This document shows, one piece after another, positions 25,437-32,421 of a stretch of 47,504 nucleotides of DNA. Position 1 is the first letter of the stretch. The number at the start of each line of letters is the position of its first letter. The position numbers and the translations under genes were made by a program. The stretch is from a virus: positions 1-47,504 of the IMG/VR virus record IMGVR_UViG_3300045996_001090, one strand, 5' to 3'. The notes beneath the pieces were generated by a model. The model did not search any database, was not told where the DNA came from, and saw nothing but the letters and a program-made list of their open reading frames with translations.

Positions 25437-26353
25437 GCGGCGCGCTCTTGCTCGTCGGCGTACATATCGAGGTCGTCGAGGTCGTCGGCCGGCACTAGCT
25501 CTGCCTGGTGCTCGTCCAGGAACGCGCGCTGCGCGGGCTTAAGGCGCTCTTTCCACGTCAGGAAGCCATCGGCGCCCTCGGCTGCGATCTTGGCGCGGGC
25601 GGTTTGCAGGAGCTTCGCGCCTGGGCGGGCGGCCGGCGCTCCTCCTCTCGCCCAATCGGCAAGCGCGCGGCCGGTATCGAGCGAGATACGATCGCCGTCG
25701 CGGAATACCCCGCCAAGGTCGGGATGCGAAAGCTTGGTGACGCGAAGCGTATGGCTCGGCAGGATTTCGGCGTGCGCGGTGAGCTCAAAAATGAAGTCAT
25801 CGGCCTGAATCGGCGTCGTGTGCTCGTCGCGAACGATCTCGTTCTTGCCGGTGCGCTCGTTCTTAACCTGCCTGGACTTATACTTTGCCCGAAGGCACAC
25901 CACGACGAACAGCGGGGATTGCAGGAGTTTCAGCACGAATTGCTGATGCAGCCGCTTTGGCTCCTTCCAGCAATGCAGGCCGGGCTTGCCAGTCCGCTTC
26001 TCGTTCTCAGCGGCCATATCGAGCACGCCACCGATGCCCTCCCATTCGTGCGAGGCGCTGTCGATCACAAGCGCGTCGAGCTTTGCCGCCTCGGCGGCGC
26101 GGATCGCTTCGACATAGGCGGCGGGGCTGAACGGCTCGCCGACGGTCAACACATCGTAACCGCCCGGAATCACGTCGCTGTAAAGTTGGCCGCGCCCGCT
26201 CTCGGTGTCGATCATCCCGAGTTTGCCGGCATCGCCGACGAAACCGCGCGCCAGAAGCAGGCTCGACATGGTTTTGCCGCTGCCGCTTTGGCCGTAGAGG
26301 CCGATGAGCGGCTTTGTCTGCGAGCGGGCGGCGGGGCGGAAGGTGTAGCTCAT
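25433..26353 (-). CDS. AAA_24 / Sak4-like recombination ATPase, 306 aa
   Basis: Walker A GQSGSGKT. MIDTESG and LVIDSASHEWEG (Walker B region) are typical of phage AAA_24 RecA-like ATPases. Confidence 0.8.
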   Translation of the reverse strand: MSYTFRPAARSQTKPLIGLYGQSGSGKTMSSLLLARGFVGDAGKLGMIDTESGRGQLYSDVIPGGYDVLTVGEPFSPAAYVEAIRAAEAAKLDALVIDSASHEWEGIGGVLDMAAENEKRTGKPGLHCWKEPKRLHQQFVLKLLQSPLFVVVCLRAKYKSRQVKNERTGKNEIVRDEHTTPIQADDFIFELTAHAEILPSHTLRVTKLSHPDLGGVFRDGDRISLDTGRALADWARGGAPAARPGAKLLQTARAKIAAEGADGFLTWKERLKPAQRAFLDEHQAELVPADDLDDLDMYADEQERAA

Positions 26354-27246
26354 GCGGCGTGCTCCTCGATCTCCCGTAGTGCCTCAGTGGCAAGCTGGCG
26401 GTTATTCCATGCGCTGACAGTCCATGGCGGGCACTCCGCAACGGCGATGTGTTGCGGATAGCCCGGCCACTGATCGCGCTTGATGCACTCGGCCCATAGG
26501 TGAAGCGCGAGCATTACCTTCTCGTCGCCGAGTTCCTTCGCCTGGGGGTCGAGTTCGACGACGCTGAGCGCGTAAGGGGCCTCGCACTCCTGCGCGATGT
26601 AGAGCGAGCGCAGATTGCCCTTCCCGAGCGCATTGAGGCCCCGCGTGTAGAACGAGTCTTGGACCTCGACGCCGGTCCCGAATAGACGGGACGAAAGCGC
26701 CTGCGGGTGCGCGCTCGCGCTCGTGGTCTTGTAGTCGGCGCGGATCGGGTCGTCGGGGTGCATCCAATCGACCATTCCCCGACACCATGCCTCGCCCTCG
26801 CGCCACACGATCACAACCTCACTCTGGCCCTCGCCGTCGACGAGCGGGCGCAATTCGGGGAAGGCGAGAAGCTGGTCGCGGGCCGCCGTGTGCATGGTCT
26901 CGATGGTCGACAGGTCGCACCGGAGCAACGGCGTCATGTTCTTGGAGTAGGCGGTCGCGCGGGCTTCCTGCGCCGCCTTGCTGCGATAGTCGTCGGCGTC
27001 GATGACGACGCATTCGGCCCCTTTCCCGAGCAGAAGCTTGTGCGCCGCCGTGCCGAGGTCTTTCTGCCGCTCCGGCTTGTCGTCGTATGTGCCGCCGAGC
27101 CGCGGGTGCTTCGCGTAAGCATGAAGCGGGCTCTGTTCGACGAGCGCCCGCGCGACTGAGGACGAAAGCGACGGTACGGGGCAGGGGTCGCGGTGGTAGT
27201 CGACGGCGGCAACGTCGGTGTAAACGCCGGGCTCGCTGATCCTCAT
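26350..27246 (-). CDS. PD-(D/E)XK exonuclease, RecE/exodeoxyribonuclease VIII-like (DUF3799-type), 298 aa
   Basis: GVYTDVAAVDYHRD...SSS, GTAAHKLLLG, IRADYKTT and QDSFY follow the PDDEXK-like exonuclease pattern. ATG 27246 is in ATGA overlap with the upstream stop. Confidence 0.7.
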   Translation of the reverse strand: MRISEPGVYTDVAAVDYHRDPCPVPSLSSSVARALVEQSPLHAYAKHPRLGGTYDDKPERQKDLGTAAHKLLLGKGAECVVIDADDYRSKAAQEARATAYSKNMTPLLRCDLSTIETMHTAARDQLLAFPELRPLVDGEGQSEVVIVWREGEAWCRGMVDWMHPDDPIRADYKTTSASAHPQALSSRLFGTGVEVQDSFYTRGLNALGKGNLRSLYIAQECEAPYALSVVELDPQAKELGDEKVMLALHLWAECIKRDQWPGYPQHIAVAECPPWTVSAWNNRQLATEALREIEEHAA

Positions 27247-27428
27247 GCCGCCGCCCTCTGCTCGAACAGATCGCGGTTGGCCGAGACGTAGATCGCGAGA
27301 TCTAGCGAGGCTTCGACCCACCGCTCGCGCAAAGCGAGGTAATCAGCGAGATTCCGTGCCTCGACTGCGCCGAAGTAGGCGCGCTCGGCTTCGTCTAGTT
27401 TGGCGAGAAGCTCGGCGAGGCGGCTCAT
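27243..27428 (-). CDS. Small helical protein, 61 aa
   Basis: ATGA overlaps at both ends. The longer tracked ORF N-terminus is Arg-rich read-through of the upstream gene. Confidence 0.5.
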   Translation of the reverse strand: MSRLAELLAKLDEAERAYFGAVEARNLADYLALRERWVEASLDLAIYVSANRDLFEQRAAA

Positions 27429-27592
27429 GCTGCCCTCCGCCCTGCGGCGGCGTCGGCCGCGGCCCGTCTCAAGGCATTCCACTCGGCAAGGAGTCGGCGC
27501 AAATCAGCGGCAGCGGTCGTTCGTGAAATGCGACCCTGTTCTAGATCGGCCGCGATCCGCGCAAGGCGGTCCTCGAATTCATAAGTGCTCAT
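27425..27592 (-). CDS. Small helical protein, 55 aa
   Basis: ATGA overlaps at both ends. Sequence MSTYEFEDRLARIAADLEQGRIS... Confidence 0.5.
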   Translation of the reverse strand: MSTYEFEDRLARIAADLEQGRISRTTAAADLRRLLAEWNALRRAAADAAAGRRAA

Positions 27593-27978
27593 GGCCGGGC
27601 TCCGCTGGCGGCGTCGGCCGCGGCCTGGACGACGGCGAGAACCTCGGCGAAGTCGGCGGCAGTGTAGTCGTTCCAATGCACGACGAGAGCGCGTATGTAG
27701 CCGGCGACCCCCGGCGAGCAGCGCGCCAAACCGGCGATCCCGAGTTGAGCGGCGATCGCCTCGAGGCACTCGAGCGCACGATCGTTTGTGGCAAGATGAT
27801 CCTCAAGCCCGCCGGTGCGGAGGTCATCCCCTGTTGGGTGCCGCCATCCTGTGGCGATGGCGACGGCGGCGCCGGTGCAAACGCAACCGTTGTCGGCAAT
27901 CCAATCGCCGTTCTTCGTCCGGCCGCGCTCAATGAGCACCGCCTTGGTTTTGGCGAGGTCTAGAAAAAGCTGGTTCAT
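27589..27978 (-). CDS. First gene of the minus-strand early operon, 129 aa, DUF6197-like
   Basis: AGGAG 8 nt before ATG 27978. The pattern LIERG...NGCVCTGAAVAIATGW...HWNDYTAADFAEVLAVVQAAA resembles the DUF6197 family as I recall it. Confidence 0.55.
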   Translation of the reverse strand: MNQLFLDLAKTKAVLIERGRTKNGDWIADNGCVCTGAAVAIATGWRHPTGDDLRTGGLEDHLATNDRALECLEAIAAQLGIAGLARCSPGVAGYIRALVVHWNDYTAADFAEVLAVVQAAADAASGARP

Positions 27979-28003
27979 TTGCGTGGCTCCTGTGTTGCCC
28001 TGA

Positions 28004-28031
28004 AATATACCGGCGGAATTGCCGCTGTCAA
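28004..28031 (-). promoter_or_regulatory. Sigma70-type promoter for the minus-strand early operon
   Basis: On the minus strand, TTGACA (28031-28026), 16 nt, TATATT (28009-28004), about 25 nt upstream of the SD for the 27978 start. Confidence 0.55.
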
Positions 28032-28036
28032 CATAC

Positions 28037-28065
28037 TTGACGAATAAATTTTTCGCTGCCATACG
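28037..28065 (+). promoter_or_regulatory. Candidate promoter for the plus-strand early operon, back to back with the minus promoter
   Basis: TTGACG (28037-28042), 17 nt, CATACG (weak -10). The two -35 boxes form the palindrome GTCAA-CATAC-TTGAC (28027-28041). Confidence 0.35.
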
Positions 28066-28072
28066 GGTTTGC

Positions 28073-28261
28073 GTGACACCCGCCCAAATCCGGACCATGC
28101 GCGAGCGCCTCGGCTACACTCAATCTGAGTTTGCCGACCGCATGGGCGTCCGCCAGGGTACGGTTTCGCGGTGGGAAACCGGCATGCTAACGCCTCGGGG
28201 GGCCGCTCTAAAGCTGCTCGAGTACGTCGCCGAACCGCTGAAAGTGCGAGGCAAATTGTGA
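28073..28261 (+). CDS. XRE-family helix-turn-helix regulator (Cro/antitoxin-like), 62 aa
   Basis: IRTMRERLGYTQSEFADRMGVRQGTVSRWETGMLTPRGAALKLL is a canonical HTH_XRE. GTG 28073 is preferred; ATG 28097 is an alternative. Confidence 0.75.
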   Translation: MTPAQIRTMRERLGYTQSEFADRMGVRQGTVSRWETGMLTPRGAALKLLEYVAEPLKVRGKL

Positions 28262-28359
28262 AATTGGCTCTCGAGGTCTTTTTCGTCTCGTCTGTGTGGC
28301 TGACTACGGTCGCGGCTTTCCTGTCGCTGGTGCGCTGCTCGCCGGGGGTCGCCTGGTGA
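28258..28359 (+). CDS. Possible micro-ORF, 33-aa hydrophobic peptide
   Basis: GTGA overlap with the HTH stop. Sequence MKLALEVFFVSSVWLTTVAAFLSLVRCSPGVAW. Confidence 0.3.
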   Translation: MKLALEVFFVSSVWLTTVAAFLSLVRCSPGVAW

Positions 28360-28445
28360 TGTGGCTCGTAATCATCTGGCTCGCGTGCCTAGCGGGGTGG
28401 CTCGAGCTGATTCACCGCGCGCGCGAGCTTCCTTGGCACGATTGA
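28359..28445 (+). CDS. Possible micro-ORF, 28-aa hydrophobic peptide
   Basis: TGATG overlap with the previous micro-ORF. Sequence MWLVIIWLACLAGWLELIHRARELPWHD. Confidence 0.3.
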   Translation: MWLVIIWLACLAGWLELIHRARELPWHD

Positions 28446-28454
28446 GGGGGAAAA

Positions 28455-28700
28455 ATGTCAGAGAATCATAGCGGCTTGCCGATCGGCTATTCGCCTCAGA
28501 GCGTCGGCAACATCGAAATGGTGAACCGGAACAAAGAGCTCGAGGAGCACATCCTGCGCGTTCTAGACGAGTTCCGGAACTACGGCGTCGACATAGATCA
28601 ACGCTGGCTCGCGATCGGCCGAACGCACATCGAAGAGGGCTTCATGGCGGTAAACCGGGCGATTTTCCGGCCGGCGCGCATTAAGCTTCCAGCGGACTGA
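28455..28700 (+). CDS. Small early protein, 81 aa, candidate Acb2/Tad1-family cyclic-nucleotide sponge
   Basis: SD GAGGGGGA upstream. GYSPQS...VNRNKELEEHILRVLDEF...DQRWLAIGRTHIEEGFMAVNRAIFRP matches my recollection of the Acb2/Tad1 hairpin-domain family pattern. Not verified. Confidence 0.45.
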   Translation: MSENHSGLPIGYSPQSVGNIEMVNRNKELEEHILRVLDEFRNYGVDIDQRWLAIGRTHIEEGFMAVNRAIFRPARIKLPAD

Positions 28701-28773
28701 ACTCGCTCGCGGCGTCATCCCGGCGCGCCGCGGTGGGGGTTATCAACAGCCGGGGAAGTGAAAGGGGCCATTG

Positions 28774-28968
28774 ATGGCTCGTCCACGCAAAACCGCCGGC
28801 AACAAGCCGGCAACGGTCGCGAAGCGCACCTACGCGAAGCGCACCTATGGTAGCTCGTCGGGGATCGTCGGCACGCCAACGCAGATCAACAATCTGCACA
28901 TGGCTAGCGCGGCTTTTACCAAGGCGCTCAAGCCGCTCACGACGTCCTCGACGAAGAAAAGCGCCTAA
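28774..28968 (+). CDS. Small basic protein, 64 aa
   Basis: SD GAAAGGGG upstream. ARPRKTAGNKPATVAKRTYAKRTYG is Lys/Arg-rich. Followed by a terminator. Confidence 0.45.
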   Translation: MARPRKTAGNKPATVAKRTYAKRTYGSSSGIVGTPTQINNLHMASAAFTKALKPLTTSSTKKSA

Positions 28969-28984
28969 CGCGCTCAAGAAAAAA

Positions 28985-29013
28985 CCCGCCGCCGGGGGGC
29001 CAGCGGCGGGTTT
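28985..29013 (+). terminator. Rho-independent terminator (A-tract upstream, T-tract downstream)
   Basis: CCCGCCGC...GCGGCGGG stem followed by TTT, preceded by AAGAAAAAA. Confidence 0.6.
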
Positions 29014-29141
29014 AAAGTTCCCGTTGACGACGAAATACTCCCACATAGGAGCGGCCTCAATGTCTGCCGATGCGCCCACAAAGTCAACCTTTGCTATCCC
29101 CTTATCCCGCCGGTTCAAGGCCACTGCGCTGTCGGCGGCTG

Positions 29142-29309
29142 ATGTCGCGCGCGCTCAATTTCATGCGGCGCGGCGCTACATTCTCGGTTTCTGGCCGAGA
29201 GCTTCGCGGGGCTGGGATCACGTTCCAGCAATATCTCGAACTGATCGGCGGGGCCTGGCTGACGCGCTACCACGCGACGACGGACGAGTATTTCCTCACA
29301 CATCAGTGA
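29142..29309 (+). CDS. Hypothetical protein, 55 aa (start and frame uncertain)
   Basis: Better third-position GC than the overlapping 174-aa frame. An ATG at 29059 with AGGAG upstream opens the other frame, so the true organisation here is unresolved. Confidence 0.35.
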   Translation: MSRALNFMRRGATFSVSGRELRGAGITFQQYLELIGGAWLTRYHATTDEYFLTHQ

Positions 29310-29371
29310 GTGCCGGCGAGTTCGATCTCATCGAGGTCCGGCCGGGCTTCTTCGTGTGGAGGCGGCGATGA
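29306..29371 (+). CDS. Possible micro-ORF, 21 aa
   Basis: GTGA overlap upstream and ATGA overlap downstream. Confidence 0.2.
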   Translation: MSAGEFDLIEVRPGFFVWRRR

Positions 29372-29466
29372 TGCGCCGCAGCAAAACCTCGCGCGTCTGG
29401 CAAGTGAAATTCTGGCGCCTGCTGGGCGATGTGCTCCGTGAAGAACATCGGGAGCGGCGGCCATGA
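29368..29466 (+). CDS. Possible micro-ORF, 32 aa, basic
   Basis: ATGA overlaps at both ends. Sequence MMRRSKTSRVWQVKFWRLLGDVLREEHRERRP. Confidence 0.3.
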   Translation: MMRRSKTSRVWQVKFWRLLGDVLREEHRERRP

Positions 29467-29726
29467 CAAACCCCGCTCTGCGCACAACCAAACGCGGCGC
29501 GGTCATCCGCTGCTACGGCGTGCCGCTTGAGAATCTCGGACCCGGTTGTTGCCGCTATCCACTGGGTAACATGCACGACCGGCCGCCGTACCTTTACTGC
29601 GGCGCCGCGGCGGGCGAACTTTCATCATGGTGCCCGAAGCACCGTGCGCGCGTGTTCGAACAGCGCCAGCCTGCGCGTCCGATCAAAACCGGGTTCCCGA
29701 ACGTCGTCTCTCCTTGGGGGGATTAG
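29463..29726 (+). CDS. GcrA-like protein consisting only of the C-terminal (sigma-interacting) region, 87 aa
   Basis: CCRYPLGNMHDRPPYLYCGAAAGELSSWCPKHRARVF parallels the GcrA C-terminal motif CKWPIGDP...FxFCG...PYCxxH...AY. No N-terminal HTH portion is present. Confidence 0.65.
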   Translation: MTNPALRTTKRGAVIRCYGVPLENLGPGCCRYPLGNMHDRPPYLYCGAAAGELSSWCPKHRARVFEQRQPARPIKTGFPNVVSPWGD

Positions 29727-29729
29727 GTC

Positions 29730-30560
29730 ATGAACCGCGCATGGATGCCTCTCTATGTGGGCGACTACCTTGCTGACACGCTTGACTTGGATGCCGAGCA
29801 ACATGGCGTTTACCTGTTGCTCCTGATGATGATGTGGCGGCGGTCTGATGGGGCGCTGCCGGATGACATGGATTTCATCAAACGCTCGCTCTCGGCGTGC
29901 GCGGATGGGATGCACGGCAACCGCTTCAACAGGCTTGTCCCTCCCCTTCTTGGCCGGTTCTTCCGGCTCGATGAAGACGGGAACTACCGCCACAAAAGGC
30001 TGGAAAAAGAGCGAGAAAAGGCTGACAAATTCTCCGAAAAGCAGCGGGAAAAGGTTGGGAAAAGGTGGGTCAAACCCAATAAGAACAATGAGTTAGCTGA
30101 TACCGCGGTATTACCCGCGCGCGCGTCACAATCACAATCACAATCACATAAGAAAGAGGCTGCTAGCGCAGCCTCCGCGGCCGCGCGCGCGAGGCCCTCT
30201 TCAAAAACGCATTTCGATGAAGTGGAGCAAACCTGCCGGGAGGTACTCGGTGGCTTAGCTCCGGTCGATTTGGTGATCGGGCCAGCGGTCGAGCTTTTCG
30301 ACACTCACGGGCCGCCCAAGGCGGTTGCGGCGCTCCTCGATGCTGCTCGCTCCTCACGGCAACCGATCCGAACGTGGAGGCTCCTAGCGCACCGGGCCGC
30401 CGAGCAACTCGCCGCGCCGCCAATCCAGCCGCACATGAACGGGGGACGCCATGAAGCCAATCGCAAGCCAACCGTCAGCGATGTTCTACGTGCGGACATC
30501 GAGCGTCTCGAGCGTCTCGAACGCGAGCCCGGGCCGCTGCTCCGAATCGCAAGCGGCTAG
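29730..30560 (+). CDS. DUF1376 (YdaU-like) replication-associated protein, 276 aa
   Basis: The N-terminus WMPLYVGDYLADTLDLDAEQHGVYLLLLMMMWRRSDGALPDD is the DUF1376 signature. Confidence 0.8.
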   Translation: MNRAWMPLYVGDYLADTLDLDAEQHGVYLLLLMMMWRRSDGALPDDMDFIKRSLSACADGMHGNRFNRLVPPLLGRFFRLDEDGNYRHKRLEKEREKADKFSEKQREKVGKRWVKPNKNNELADTAVLPARASQSQSQSHKKEAASAASAAARARPSSKTHFDEVEQTCREVLGGLAPVDLVIGPAVELFDTHGPPKAVAALLDAARSSRQPIRTWRLLAHRAAEQLAAPPIQPHMNGGRHEANRKPTVSDVLRADIERLERLEREPGPLLRIASG

Positions 30561-30576
30561 GGCGGCGCTTGCTATC

Positions 30577-31071
30577 GTGGGATCGTTTCGCCGAAACGAC
30601 GCCGACGATCCGCAAGTTCTGGCGGCGGCGTTCAAGCGCGTATTGGGCGGCTACCCTGCGGAGGTTGTCGCAGAAGCCGCGGACCCACTGACAGGCATCG
30701 CTGGGAGACAGACGTTCATGCCATCACCTGCTGAACTCAAGGCTGAACTCGATCGCCGCATGGGGCCGGTTTGGGCCGAGGCTCGCCGGGCGCGGGAGGA
30801 GGAGGAAACGCAGCGCCTCCTCGTCGTGCTCGATGCGGCAACGCCGGAGGAGCGCGCCCGAATGGCGGCGCATTGGGCCAGGCGAAAGGACGAGAACGCG
30901 GGCAAGCCGAGCCCGGAGGAGGCCCGGGCGGCGGCCGATCGGCGGCTGGTTGAGCTTTACCGCGCCGCGCGCGAGCCCGTCGTGATCGGTCCGGAGCTTG
31001 CCCGCAAGCTTGCGGCGATGCGCGCCGAGCCTTCGGCGCAATGGCCTCCGTCGGGGGAGGCGGCGGCGTGA
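30577..31071 (+). CDS. Hypothetical protein, about 164 aa (start uncertain)
   Basis: GTG 30577 is the first in-frame start after the upstream stop. Charged helical C-half. Confidence 0.45.
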   Translation: MGSFRRNDADDPQVLAAAFKRVLGGYPAEVVAEAADPLTGIAGRQTFMPSPAELKAELDRRMGPVWAEARRAREEEETQRLLVVLDAATPEERARMAAHWARRKDENAGKPSPEEARAAADRRLVELYRAAREPVVIGPELARKLAAMRAEPSAQWPPSGEAAA

Positions 31072-31074
31072 GCG
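31059..31074 (+). repeat. 16-bp direct repeat GGCGGCGGCGTGAGCG, left copy (partner 31619-31634)
   Basis: Contains the GTGA stop/start junction at the 5' boundary of the Dam gene. Confidence 0.9.
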
Positions 31075-31631
31075 TGTTATTTCCTGAGTTGGGCGGTAAG
31101 GCACGGGCCATTGGCTCGCATCACTCCATCGGCCTAGAGCGCTCCCATGTTTGGCTAACTCCGCCATACATATTGGAGGCGCTCGGGGAGTTCGATCTTG
31201 ACCCATGTGCCGCGCCAGAGCCCCGCCCGTGGCCAACCGCAAAAACCCATTGGGGCAGAGCCGACAATTCACTCAATCGTCCGTGGTTCGGGCGTGTCTG
31301 GCTCAATCCGCCCTATGGGCCAAAACAGTTACTAGGTCCGTGGCTGCGGCGCATGACAGCGCACAACTGCGGCACTGCTTTGATCTTTGCCCGCACCGAA
31401 ACCAGTTTGTTTTTTGAGACAGTGTGGGGGGCCGCAACTGCGCTTTTGTTTATCAAGGGGCGGCTCAGCTTCTATCGGCTGGATGGGACGTTGCCCCGAG
31501 CGGACCGAGGCGGCGGCAATGCGGGGGCCCCGTCCGTGCTTGTCGCGTATGGCGAGGGTGACGCCGCACGGCTAGAGCAGTCCGCGTTAGATGGGCGCTT
31601 CATCCGCATGCGGACCAGGGCGGCGGCGTGA
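31068..31631 (+). CDS. Phage Dam-family DNA N6-adenine methyltransferase, 187 aa
   Basis: WLTPPYILEALGEFDLDPCA...VWLNPPYG...GTALIFARTET is characteristic of the phage N-6-adenine-methyltransferase (Dam, NPPY) family. GTGA overlaps at both ends. Confidence 0.8.
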   Translation: MSVLFPELGGKARAIGSHHSIGLERSHVWLTPPYILEALGEFDLDPCAAPEPRPWPTAKTHWGRADNSLNRPWFGRVWLNPPYGPKQLLGPWLRRMTAHNCGTALIFARTETSLFFETVWGAATALLFIKGRLSFYRLDGTLPRADRGGGNAGAPSVLVAYGEGDAARLEQSALDGRFIRMRTRAAA

Positions 31632-31634
31632 GCG
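31619..31634 (+). repeat. 16-bp direct repeat GGCGGCGGCGTGAGCG, right copy
   Basis: Contains the GTGA junction at the 3' boundary of the Dam gene. Confidence 0.9.
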
Positions 31635-31921
31635 AACTGGATATCGCTGCGAAGTATTTCGAGCTGGCCTGCCGGTTCGAACGGCTCGAGCGGGCCTTAC
31701 CGCCAGCGCCGCCAGAGAGGCCAAAGCGCGGCGGCGCGCGGACTAAGATCACCATGCCGCTGATCCGCAGAATGCAAGAAATGCGCGATCGGGGGCTCTC
31801 CCTTACGGTCATCGCGCGGGACTGCTGCGTCTCGGTGCCGACAGTCAGCCGGCGGACCGCTCCACATCTGAAACACCCCGTTTCACGGGTGGGGCGGGAA
31901 AACACAGGCAGAACGTGCTAA
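31628..31921 (+). CDS. Small DNA-binding protein with a C-terminal HTH (Hin/resolvase-HTH-like), 97 aa
   Basis: IRRMQEMRDRGLSLTVIARDCCVSVPTVSRR is an HTH_7-like segment. Confidence 0.55.
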   Translation: MSELDIAAKYFELACRFERLERALPPAPPERPKRGGARTKITMPLIRRMQEMRDRGLSLTVIARDCCVSVPTVSRRTAPHLKHPVSRVGRENTGRTC

Positions 31922-31956
31922 AGCTTGGCTAGAATGAGGTCACCGGGGCCGAGGAG

Positions 31957-32421
31957 TTGTCAGAGGACGACACGCTCGGGGAGCGCGATGCGCATTGGAC
32001 TGGTGAGCGTGTCTGTCGACGCGCCGTGAAAGTTATGGCCGGGCTCGCCGGCGCCCGTGCTCTGAGGGTTATCGGTGTCGGCGATCTGGAAGCGAACGAG
32101 TGGGGCGTTGGTCCGATCGCCGAGGGCGTCGATTTCATTGCCCTGTCCTGCGAGATCCTCGGTCAAACCTCGCGCGGTCGCGCGGCGCTGTTCGGTAGGG
32201 CGCGCTGCCAGATACCAGGGCGTGAGCTCTCGTGGTCGGCTTACTGCAGGGAAATGGGATGGGGCCGGAAGGCGGCCGATCGCGCCGCGGATGAGGCCTG
32301 CGACAAGCTGGCGGCGGAGTTCAACGCCCTGGGGATAACCTACGTTAAGATCCCTATTGACAGCGCACAGTCTAGGTTGAGTTTCCTTTCGCGCAAAGGG
32401 CGAACGGGGGCCGGTGGATGA
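31957..32421 (+). CDS. Hypothetical protein, up to 154 aa (start uncertain)
   Basis: The plus frame has good third-position GC and a natural-looking C-half (SWSAYCREMGWGRKAADRAADEACDKLAAEFNALG). ATGA-coupled to the next gene. The mirror minus ORF was rejected. Confidence 0.5.
   Translation: MSEDDTLGERDAHWTGERVCRRAVKVMAGLAGARALRVIGVGDLEANEWGVGPIAEGVDFIALSCEILGQTSRGRAALFGRARCQIPGRELSWSAYCREMGWGRKAADRAADEACDKLAAEFNALGITYVKIPIDSAQSRLSFLSRKGRTGAGG

Noticed and set aside
28847-29371. 174-aa plus-strand ORF across 28.85-29.37 kb
   Set aside because: It reads through the basic-protein gene and a terminator, and third-position GC decays along it. I split the region into smaller candidates instead. 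The 29059-29309 segment remains ambiguous.
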